Shown one piece after another: positions 1 to 7,990 of a stretch of 64,000 bases of DNA (position 1 is its first letter; each line of letters opens with the position of its first letter). The notes beneath the pieces are model-generated. The model made no database searches. It was not told where the DNA came from and saw only the letters and a program-made list of their open reading frames with translations. Source of the stretch: Planctomycetota bacterium. Lineage in GTDB: Bacteria; Planctomycetota; UBA1135; UBA2386. The stretch spans positions 7,200,001 through 7,264,000 of the forward strand of contig OZ245006.1 in NCBI GenBank assembly GCA_965223545.1, given 5' to 3'. The translations under genes and the position numbers were made by a program.

Positions 1-13
1 ACGGTGGGCTGCG

Positions 14-715
14 TCAGGATCCGCTGCCGTCCGGCGGCGGGCCGGAGCTGGCCCCGCGCGCATCCTTCTTGCCCTTTGGCTTGCTCATGCTCTTGCGACC
101 GCGACCGCGGCCACTGCCACAACCCTCTCACTGACTGGGGAGGGGGAGGCCTTGCAACTCCTCGAGCTCGAGCCGCGCCAGGCGGATCGAGGACTCGAGA
201 TCCTCTCGGTGTTCGGTGGCCTTGGCGTCGTCGCCCCGCGCCTCGGCCTGCTCGGCGAGCAATCGGTAGGTCTGCCGCGAGGCCTCGATCTCGGCTTCCC
301 ATCGGGTGCGCTCGACGCCCTCGAGCCGCATCAGCCAGGTCATGTAGTACTGGGCGTTGGCGAGCGCGGCGCGCGCGTCGGCCAGCAGTGCTGCGTCGTC
401 GGTGTCGGCCAGGTCGGCGACCAAGATCTCGAGGTCGGCGCGTGCCTGCGGCAGCTGGCTGACCTGCATCTGGGCCTTGGCCCGCGCCAGGCGGATCCGC
501 TGTGCGTCGACTTCGTGCCCGTCCGGCAGCTCCGCCAACGCGGCCTCGTAGGCGGTCACCGCCGCGGCCCAGTCGCCGTCGGTCGTCGCGCGGTGCGCGT
601 CGGCCAGGTAGTCGTCGGCGCGGTCCAGCGCCATCCGATCTTGGCCGGGACCCTCGTGATAGGCCCAGGCGCCGATCGGCAGGAGGGCCCAAGCGGCCAG
701 CAACGGTTTTCTCAT
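14..715 (-). CDS. Helical (TPR-like) protein at the end of the MoxR/VWA operon; candidate selenoprotein (in-frame UGA at 128-130, UxxC). Coordinates are 128..715 if UGA is a true stop
   Basis: ATG at 715 gives MRKPLLAAWALLPIGAWAYHEGPG, then helical repeats, to GLPLPSQ-UGA. The frame continues as EGCGSGRGRGRKSMSKPKGKKDARGASSGPPPDGSGS to TGA at 14-16. Confidence 0.75.
95..114 (-). promoter_or_regulatory. Putative bacterial SECIS element
   Basis: mRNA GUGGCCGC-GGUC-GCGGUCGC forms an 8-bp stem (2 GU pairs). The apical loop begins with GGU, 21 nt after the UGA. Confidence 0.55.
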
Positions 716-798
716 CGGCAGCACTCCTCGGTGCGGGTTTGCGCGGTCTGCGAGGGACGCAGACCCTTGGATCTTATCGTTTCGCGGCCGGATTGGCC

Positions 799-1842
799 TT
801 ACGCTCGATCTGCGGTAGCCGGGTGATTTTGCCGGCGTGCCGCCGCAGCCGGCCGCGCCGTGGCCGTCTTGGCGGGCGCCGCGCCGGTCGCGGGCACGCC
901 GGGCCGCCACAGCGTGCCGGCGAAGTGCAGCAGCAGCGGCAGCACGGCCAGCAGCGCCGCGCCGATCAGCACGGCCAGCAGCGCGTACTCGCGCAGAGTC
1001 AACCGCTCCAGCATCGACTTGCCGCCGCTGTCCGTGATCTGGCGAATGGTGTCGGTTGGCAGGTGCTTGGCATTGCCGTCGTGGAACACGCCGTCGAGGC
1101 GGGTGGCGATCTGGCGCAGCGTCGAGGTGTCCTGCCGGGACTGTCGCCCGTCGATGAACGTGCCCGCCATCGGATCGCCGACCCCGATGACCAGCACCTC
1201 GGCGACCGACGGCGGCATCTGCGGCATGCCGGTGGCCGGCACGGTGTCGCCGTCGCTGATGACGATCAGGATCGTGCTCTTGGCGCGCCATGCCTTGGCG
1301 ACCGAGGCCGCTTCTTCCAGGCCAGCGAACAGCTTGGTCTTGCCCGAGCGGAACGCGTAGTGCATCGGCAGGTCGGTGAGGATGTTGCGCACGACCTCCG
1401 AGTCCTGCGTGCCGATCACCACCGGCTTGGCACCGGTGTAGGTGGCGATCACCGAGATCTTGTAGTGGCCGAGCGACACGCGGCTGAACAGCGAGTCCAA
1501 CACGTCGCGTGCCCGCTCTTGCCGGGCTTGCTTCTGGGTCGGGCCCGCGTCCGCCAGCCGCATGCTCGGTGAGACGTCGAGGACGATCAGCAGATTGCGC
1601 ATCTCCTCGTCCTTGATCGCATCGCTCTTGTGCACCTTGGGCTCGACGGTGAGCAGCGTGGCGAGCCCCCAGGTCATCAAGCCGCTGGCGACCACGCGCA
1701 GCAACGGGACCGCCCGCGTCCAGGCCGCGGCGCGGGCGCGCGGGCCGAACGCCAACCGCGCGATCCGGCGGATGCGGCGGGAGTGCCATGCCTCGCCGGC
1801 GAGTACGAGCAGGCAAACCGCCGCCGTGGCCAGGCCGATCAC
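799..1842 (-). CDS. VWA domain membrane protein (BatB-like)
   Basis: MIDAS-like DVSPSM and ISDGD motifs, with N- and C-terminal hydrophobic helices. The GTG start overlaps the upstream stop (GTGA). Confidence 0.85.
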   Translation of the reverse strand: MIGLATAAVCLLVLAGEAWHSRRIRRIARLAFGPRARAAAWTRAVPLLRVVASGLMTWGLATLLTVEPKVHKSDAIKDEEMRNLLIVLDVSPSMRLADAGPTQKQARQERARDVLDSLFSRVSLGHYKISVIATYTGAKPVVIGTQDSEVVRNILTDLPMHYAFRSGKTKLFAGLEEAASVAKAWRAKSTILIVISDGDTVPATGMPQMPPSVAEVLVIGVGDPMAGTFIDGRQSRQDTSTLRQIATRLDGVFHDGNAKHLPTDTIRQITDSGGKSMLERLTLREYALLAVLIGAALLAVLPLLLHFAGTLWRPGVPATGAAPAKTATARPAAAARRQNHPATADRA

Positions 1843-2756
1843 CACGGCGTGTACCTCAAGAACAGCTGGGTGAGGGCGAACAGGCCCAGCAGCGACAGCC
1901 CGATGACGCACAGGGCGACGAAGTCGTCGACGTACTCGGCGGCACCCTTCTCCAACTCGGCCTTGGCCATCTCGTCGATGCGCCGAAAGACGTCCTCCAG
2001 ACTGGCCGGGTCGCCGGGTTGGAACACGTGTCCGCCGGTCTGCGCGGTGATGTTGACGATGTCGCCGGGAACCTCCGACTCCGAGATGTGCACGCCGTAG
2101 ACCGAGATGTTGTCGCGCTGCATGTCGCGGGCGATCTCGGTGGCGCGGTCGCCGAACAGGTCGGCGCTGACGCCGTCGGAGACCAGGATGATCATGCGGT
2201 CGCCCTCTTCGCGCTGGACCAGCACTTCGCGGCAGGCGAGCAGCGCCTTGCCGATCTCGGTACCGCCGAACCAGGGCGGTGCGCGATCGGGCCGCATGAA
2301 CGGCGGCGCGCAGCGGAAGGCGGAGACGTCATTGGTCAGGGGCACCCAGTGCAGGACCGAGTTGCCGAAGAAGGTCAAGCCAAAGGCGTCTCCCTCGCGG
2401 TAGTCGAGGAACTGATTGATCGCCCTCATCGCCGCGTCGTAGCGCGTGCCGCCGCCGAACTGCGCCGACATGCTGCCCGAGATGTCGACGCAGAACTCGA
2501 TGTTGGTCAGCGCCCGCTGCACTTTCGGCGCGGTCAGCTTCTGTGGCTCTGCCCACAGCAGGATCGCCACGGCCAGGCCGAGGGCCGGCAGCGACTCGGC
2601 GCTTTGCACTGCACCGGCCAACCAGCGGCCGCTGCCGGCGACTGCGTGGTCGAACGGCAGCACGGTGCGCCGGCCGCGCCGGCGCCAGGTGAACCACACC
2701 AACAGGGCGGGGAACACCAAGAACAGCAACACCCAGGGCTTGCCGAACAGCTCCAT
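1839..2756 (-). CDS. VWA domain membrane protein (BatA-like)
   Basis: N-terminal FGKPWVLLFL transmembrane segment, MIDAS DISGSM, GTEIG, VSDG, and a C-terminal transmembrane helix. Confidence 0.88.
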   Translation of the reverse strand: MELFGKPWVLLFLVFPALLVWFTWRRRGRRTVLPFDHAVAGSGRWLAGAVQSAESLPALGLAVAILLWAEPQKLTAPKVQRALTNIEFCVDISGSMSAQFGGGTRYDAAMRAINQFLDYREGDAFGLTFFGNSVLHWVPLTNDVSAFRCAPPFMRPDRAPPWFGGTEIGKALLACREVLVQREEGDRMIILVSDGVSADLFGDRATEIARDMQRDNISVYGVHISESEVPGDIVNITAQTGGHVFQPGDPASLEDVFRRIDEMAKAELEKGAAEYVDDFVALCVIGLSLLGLFALTQLFLRYTPW

Positions 2757-2759
2757 CGT

Positions 2760-3629
2760 CTACGCCGCCCCCGCGGCGCCGGTGGAGTCCCGCGCCTCGG
2801 GGTCCGGCGCGTTCCGGTAGGGCTCGAGCAGAGCGTTGATGTCGACCGGCGCGGTGGGGGCGGGGCGGTGCAGCCATTCTTCGAGCTGGCGCACCAGAGC
2901 GCCGGCTTGCTCGTGTTCGCGCAGCGCGGCCATCGCCGCACTCGCCTTGGCTTCGGTGAGCCCCAAGCGCTCGCGCCAATAGCCGACCAGCAGCCGCTCC
3001 AGAGTGGCCTTGCCGCCGTCGTCGAGCCGCCCGTGCATCGCGTCTTCGACCATCGGCCGCAAGCGGTCGGCGAGAGTACGCGGCCGGGCGGCCACTGCGG
3101 CCTCGTTCTTGCGGCGCCGCCGACCGGCGAACAGGATTGCGAGGAGGCCGATGCCCCAGACGATCCCGGCGACGACCAGCCACGTGCGGTAGCCGCCGAT
3201 CGCCGGCGGCCTTTCGACCTGCAGCGGATTGGGTTCGATCTCGTGCGGCGGCCGCACCGGCACCACGGTGACGGCTACGGGAGGCAGGGCCTGCACCGCG
3301 CTGCCGTCGGCGCGGACCAGCAACGCGCCGAGGTCGTACTGTCCCGGCTCCAAGCCGTAGTACTCGAAGTCGTAGCGCGTGGCGGTGCCGTGCGGATAGT
3401 GGTCGACGATGTGCAGCACCAACGGCGCGCCGCGCTGGCGCGGCGCCACGATCAGGGCGGGCCCCGGCAGCACGACCGAGTCGAGGCGCGCCCGCATGCC
3501 GACCGGCACCTCGGGCGGTGAGGCGTCCGTCCCGTCGGCCTGAGCAGCGGCGCTCGCGCACAGCAGGGCGGTGGACAACACGGCGAGGACCGGCCCGCCC
3601 GACGGGCGGCTCTTGGACGTGGGCATCAT
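2760..3629 (-). CDS. Secreted or membrane-anchored hypothetical protein of the MoxR/VWA operon
   Basis: Signal-peptide-like N-terminus and one internal transmembrane helix (WLVVAGIVWGIGLLAILF). Tightly packed in the operon. Confidence 0.75.
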   Translation of the reverse strand: MMPTSKSRPSGGPVLAVLSTALLCASAAAQADGTDASPPEVPVGMRARLDSVVLPGPALIVAPRQRGAPLVLHIVDHYPHGTATRYDFEYYGLEPGQYDLGALLVRADGSAVQALPPVAVTVVPVRPPHEIEPNPLQVERPPAIGGYRTWLVVAGIVWGIGLLAILFAGRRRRKNEAAVAARPRTLADRLRPMVEDAMHGRLDDGGKATLERLLVGYWRERLGLTEAKASAAMAALREHEQAGALVRQLEEWLHRPAPTAPVDINALLEPYRNAPDPEARDSTGAAGAA

Positions 3630-4486
3630 CGCGCTCCGCGGCCGAGCAGGCCGCGCGATGCAAAGAAGTGGCGCAGCCGGTGGGCGAACGGCCGGTCGGT
3701 GCGGATCACGAAGTGGTCGATGCCGCCGCGGCGCAGCTCGGCGACGACGGCCTCCTGGTCGAGCCAGCGCCGCCGGCCGTGCGTGGCGAACGCGGCCCCG
3801 GTCTCCGCCTCCCGGACGCGCAAGAAGCCGGCACCGCGCAGGTCGATCTCGGCGGGGTCGCGCAGCTGCACCGCGACACAGTCGTGCACTTGTCCCAGCA
3901 GCTTCAGCGCCGGCAGGGCTGTGTCATCGTGCAGGTCGCTCAACACGATCACCAGCGACCGATGGGTGAGGCTCGGCTGCAGCTCGCCGATGCGCTGCGC
4001 CAGGGTCGTCTTCTCGTCGTAGCGGAACCGGCGCAGCTCGAGCAGCCAGCGCAGGATCTGGTCCTTCGCCAAGCTGGGTTGGATGCGCAGCTCGCGCTGG
4101 CCGACGCCGATCACGCCGACCGGGCTGACGCGTTCCAGGCAGGCCAGCGCCAGGCCTCCGGCGACGTGCAGCGCGACCGCGTACTTGCTTCGCTGCGTCG
4201 ACTGGATCGTCATCGACGCCGAGGTGTCCAGCAGCAGGTAGCAGGGCATGCGCTTGGGCGCCTCGTAGTCCTTGACGTGGACGCGGCCGGTGCGCGCGGT
4301 GACGCGCCAGTCGATGGCGCGGATCGGGTCGCCGTACTGGTAGGGGCGGGACTGGACGTACTCGATGCCGGAGCCGAGGAAGCGCGAGTGGTCGGTGCCG
4401 TAGCTCAACGTGTCCGCCAGCTTGCGGATGGCGATGAAGAACTGGCGCGCGTCGAGGGTGTCGACCGTTTGCAGCTGGCCTTCCAC
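3626..4486 (-). CDS. DUF58 domain protein
   Basis: Motifs GSGIEYVQSRPYQYGDPIRAIDWRVTART, LLLDTSASM and VLSDL. Start estimated at GTG 4486. Confidence 0.9.
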   Translation of the reverse strand: MEGQLQTVDTLDARQFFIAIRKLADTLSYGTDHSRFLGSGIEYVQSRPYQYGDPIRAIDWRVTARTGRVHVKDYEAPKRMPCYLLLDTSASMTIQSTQRSKYAVALHVAGGLALACLERVSPVGVIGVGQRELRIQPSLAKDQILRWLLELRRFRYDEKTTLAQRIGELQPSLTHRSLVIVLSDLHDDTALPALKLLGQVHDCVAVQLRDPAEIDLRGAGFLRVREAETGAAFATHGRRRWLDQEAVVAELRRGGIDHFVIRTDRPFAHRLRHFFASRGLLGRGAR

Positions 4487-4497
4487 GCCGCCGCTCG

Positions 4498-5514
4498 CTA
4501 CGGCGCCCCCATCTCGGACAGCATCTCCTGCAAGGTTTGCGGTCCGCTGAGTCCGTCCGCCAGCGCCTCGTAGCTCAGGCGGATGCGGTGCAGGATGACG
4601 TCCTCTGCCAGCGCGAACAAATCCTCGGGCACCGCGTAGTCGCGGCCGCAGATCAGCGCGCGCGCGCGCGAGGCCTTGACCAGGGCGATGCCGGCGCGCG
4701 GACTGCAGCCCAGCTCCAGGGCGGGGTGGCGCCGGGTGCGGTCGACGATCTCGACGACGTGCTCCATGAACGTCTCGCTGACGTGCACGGCTTGCACACA
4801 CTCCATCGCCGCGGCGAGTTCTTCGGGGCCGCCGACCGCTTCGTCCTTGATCACGTCGAACTCGGTGCGCGCCACTGCGCCGCCGCCGTCTTCGCGGCGC
4901 ACGCCGAGATTGGCGTTGCGGCGCAGCACCTCTTTCTCCTGCGCCGTGGTGAGGTACTCGAGCCGGTGCAGCAGCATGAAGCGGTCGAGCTGCGCCTCCG
5001 GCAGCTCGAAGGTGCCGGATTGTTCAACCGGGTTCTGCGTGGCGATCACCAAGAACGGCGCCGGCAGCCCGTAGGTCTGGTTGCCGATCGTGACCTTGCG
5101 CTCCTGCATCGCCTCGAGCAGCGCGCTCTGCACCTTCGGCGCGGCGCGGTTGATCTCGTCGGCGAGGAGCAGGTTGGTGAACACCGGCCCCTTGTGGGTG
5201 CGGAACTCGTGCGTCTTCTGGTCCAGGATCTCCGAGCCGAGGATGTCGGAGGGCAGTAGGTCGATGGTGAACTGGATGCGGGCGAAGTCGAGCTTGACGG
5301 TCTTCGACACGGCCGCCACCAGCAGAGTCTTGGCCAAGCCGGGGACGCCCTGCAGCAGCAGGTGGCCCGAGGTCAGCATCGCGATCAAGATGCGCTCGAC
5401 GACCACGTCTTGGCCGACGACGACCTCGCCGACGCGTTCACGGATGGCGCTGACGAACTCCGCGGTCTGTTCGAACTGTTGACTGCGGCTCGCGGGTTGG
5501 GTTTGCGTCGGCAT
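4498..5514 (-). CDS. moxR: MoxR-family AAA+ ATPase
   Basis: Motifs GVPGLAKT, RIQFTIDLLPSDILG, LLADEINRA, ATQNPVEQSGTFELPEAQLDRF and SPRA. Confidence 0.95.
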   Translation of the reverse strand: MPTQTQPASRSQQFEQTAEFVSAIRERVGEVVVGQDVVVERILIAMLTSGHLLLQGVPGLAKTLLVAAVSKTVKLDFARIQFTIDLLPSDILGSEILDQKTHEFRTHKGPVFTNLLLADEINRAAPKVQSALLEAMQERKVTIGNQTYGLPAPFLVIATQNPVEQSGTFELPEAQLDRFMLLHRLEYLTTAQEKEVLRRNANLGVRREDGGGAVARTEFDVIKDEAVGGPEELAAAMECVQAVHVSETFMEHVVEIVDRTRRHPALELGCSPRAGIALVKASRARALICGRDYAVPEDLFALAEDVILHRIRLSYEALADGLSGPQTLQEMLSEMGAP

Positions 5515-5649
5515 TCTTCCCCGTCGGGTCGGTGCGGGAACTGGTGAGGGGCGGATCCGGCGGTGCGAGGACCGGACGGGGCGGGGGGATTGTGCGGGCC
5601 GCCCCGGGCCCGTGCAAGGGGTGTCGTCGATCGGCGGGCGCGCGGTCCG

Positions 5650-7824
5650 TCACTCGCCGACGACGGCGCGCAGGCCCTGCGTCCATCGCAGGGTGGCCGG
5701 GCCGAGCACGGCCGACTGGGCGTGGACCGCGATGCCGCGCACGGCGATGGCCCCGGCGATGGGCAAGGGCAGGTGCGCGATGCCGTGCGAATTCGAGACC
5801 CACGGCACTGCGGTCCACAGCATCGCCGGGTCGACCAGCAGTGTACAGCCGGCGCCGATCGGAGTGGCGGCGGCGGCGCCCCCGAGCAGCGTGGCGCCGG
5901 CGGTGCTGGCCGTCGACGCCGTGCGCAAGGCGAAGCTGCCGTTGCCGCGCCACGGGCGGCCGTAGGCCTCGAGCACGGCAGTCGGCGTTCCACAGCCGGT
6001 GCCGTACTGCGTCGCGATCGCCGCCGGCGTCGAGCCGTACACCCAGAGGTCGTCGGCGGTATTGCACGACATTCCGAGCGCGCAGGCGTGGCCACCGTAG
6101 AGCACGATCTGCTGGCGTGCGTGGTCATAGACCATGGCGTGCGCGATCCGCGGGGCCGGCGCCGCGGCGCCACCGGTGCGAGCCCAGTCGGTACCATCCC
6201 ACTCCCAAGTGTTGCTGCTGCTGGGCAGACCCGGGCTGGTGCGCGCACCGCCGAACAGGACGACGCGCTGGCGCGAAGCGTCGTACGCCAGCGCCGCTTG
6301 GCCGTCGGTGTCCGGAACCGTGGCGGGAGTGCGTTGCTGCCAGTCGCTGCCATCCCATTCCCAGGTCTCGCCGTTGAACAGCAGAACGTTTCCGCGCGCC
6401 GCGTCGTGGACCAGGGGGCCGTTGGCGAGCGGTTGGTTGGCAGGAGTGTGCAGGGTCCAGCCGGTGCCGTCCCACTCCCACGTCTGCAGTGCCGGATCAC
6501 CGCCGAACAGCACGACGCGATCGCGGGCGGAGTCGTACGCGAGACCGTGGCCGGCGCGCGGTGACGGGGCGGGAGTGGCCGTGTGCTGCGTCCACGCTGC
6601 GCCGTCGAACGACCAGAAGTCCCCGAATAGCTGCACCGGGGTACGACCGCCGAACAGCAGCAGCCGCTGGCGCCGGCTGTCGTAGACCAACGGCGAGAAG
6701 CGACGCGCCGGCGGGGCCACCGCTGGAGTGACATGGTGCCACGCACTGCCGTCCCATTCCCAGGTGCGGGCATTGACCGCGAGGAGGTCGCCAAACAGGA
6801 CGACTCGCTGGCGTGCTTGGTCGTAGCCGAGGGAGTGGCCACTGCGGCCCAGCGGGGCGTCGTCGATGCGACGCCAAAGCGCGCCATCCCACTCCCAGGT
6901 GTCGCGCAAGAACCCGCTCGGTGGCCAAATGCCGCCCCAGCCGCAGGTGAGAACGGTGCGTCGTCGGGCCGCGTCGTAGGCCATCGCCGCGCCGGTGCGA
7001 CCGCCGGGACCGGGTCCGGTGCGCTCGATCCAGCGCGCGCCGTCCCATTCCCAAGTGTCGTCCAGGAGCACTCCAGTGGGGCGGGTGCCACCGTGCAACA
7101 CGATGCGCTGCCGGTCCGAGTCGTAGCTCATGGCCGCGCCGCTCCGCACAGGCGGCTGGGGGTTGGCGGGATGCTCGCGCCAGGTGATGCCGTCCCAAAG
7201 CCAGGTCGGCGCGCCGGTCGCGGGACCCCTGGGAGAGCCGCCGAACAGCAGCATGATTTGACGAGAGGCGTCGTAGGCCAACGTCGCTCCGCTCAGTCGG
7301 GGCGGGCGAGCGGTTGGCGACAGCTGGGTCCAGGTGCCGCCGTCCCAGGTCCAAGTCTCCATGCCGAGGTTGCCCTGGTTGACCGCGATCACCAGGCCGC
7401 GGGCCACGTCGTACGCCATCGCCACCCAGTTGGTGACCCACGGCATGACCGCGACCTGGAGGTCGGTCCAATCATGGCCGTCCCACTCGAACGTGCGCGG
7501 GCGGCTGCCGTCGTAGCCGACCACCACGACGCGCCCACGGCGGCTGTCGTAGGCGCTGGCCAGATTCTTGAGCCGTGGTGGAGACGTGGCCGCCACGCGC
7601 GGGGTCCAGCGCGCCCCGTCCCACTCCCACGAATCGGTCAACCTGCCGTTGATCGCGTCGCCGCCGTGGAGGAGTACGTGGCCGCGCGCGGGATCGAACT
7701 CCGCGGCGGCGAGGCGCCGGCCGGTGGGCCACTCTTTGGCGACCCATTCCTGCGCGATGGCGCGGCAATCCGGACCCGAGACGATCGCCAGCATGGCCAA
7801 GAGGTAGTGCGGCCGGGAGAGCAT
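5650..7824 (-). CDS. Secreted kelch-like beta-propeller repeat protein with the shared C-terminal domain
   Basis: Signal peptide followed by many AYDxxRxRxVLFGG...TWEWDG repeats. Confidence 0.85.
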   Translation of the reverse strand: MLSRPHYLLAMLAIVSGPDCRAIAQEWVAKEWPTGRRLAAAEFDPARGHVLLHGGDAINGRLTDSWEWDGARWTPRVAATSPPRLKNLASAYDSRRGRVVVVGYDGSRPRTFEWDGHDWTDLQVAVMPWVTNWVAMAYDVARGLVIAVNQGNLGMETWTWDGGTWTQLSPTARPPRLSGATLAYDASRQIMLLFGGSPRGPATGAPTWLWDGITWREHPANPQPPVRSGAAMSYDSDRQRIVLHGGTRPTGVLLDDTWEWDGARWIERTGPGPGGRTGAAMAYDAARRRTVLTCGWGGIWPPSGFLRDTWEWDGALWRRIDDAPLGRSGHSLGYDQARQRVVLFGDLLAVNARTWEWDGSAWHHVTPAVAPPARRFSPLVYDSRRQRLLLFGGRTPVQLFGDFWSFDGAAWTQHTATPAPSPRAGHGLAYDSARDRVVLFGGDPALQTWEWDGTGWTLHTPANQPLANGPLVHDAARGNVLLFNGETWEWDGSDWQQRTPATVPDTDGQAALAYDASRQRVVLFGGARTSPGLPSSSNTWEWDGTDWARTGGAAAPAPRIAHAMVYDHARQQIVLYGGHACALGMSCNTADDLWVYGSTPAAIATQYGTGCGTPTAVLEAYGRPWRGNGSFALRTASTASTAGATLLGGAAAATPIGAGCTLLVDPAMLWTAVPWVSNSHGIAHLPLPIAGAIAVRGIAVHAQSAVLGPATLRWTQGLRAVVGE

Positions 7825-7990
7825 CGTTCGCGATGGTAGTCCAACGCAGGCGAAATGCCTTGCAGGTCCGGCAGGCCCTGCGGTGGGCGCACGCTTTCGC
7901 TAGGATCGTCGAGACAACCTCCACGTGCGCGCCGGTTGCGAGGTGCTCCTCGTGCAGGGGCGCGTTGACCATCGGGAGAGGAGCGACCGA

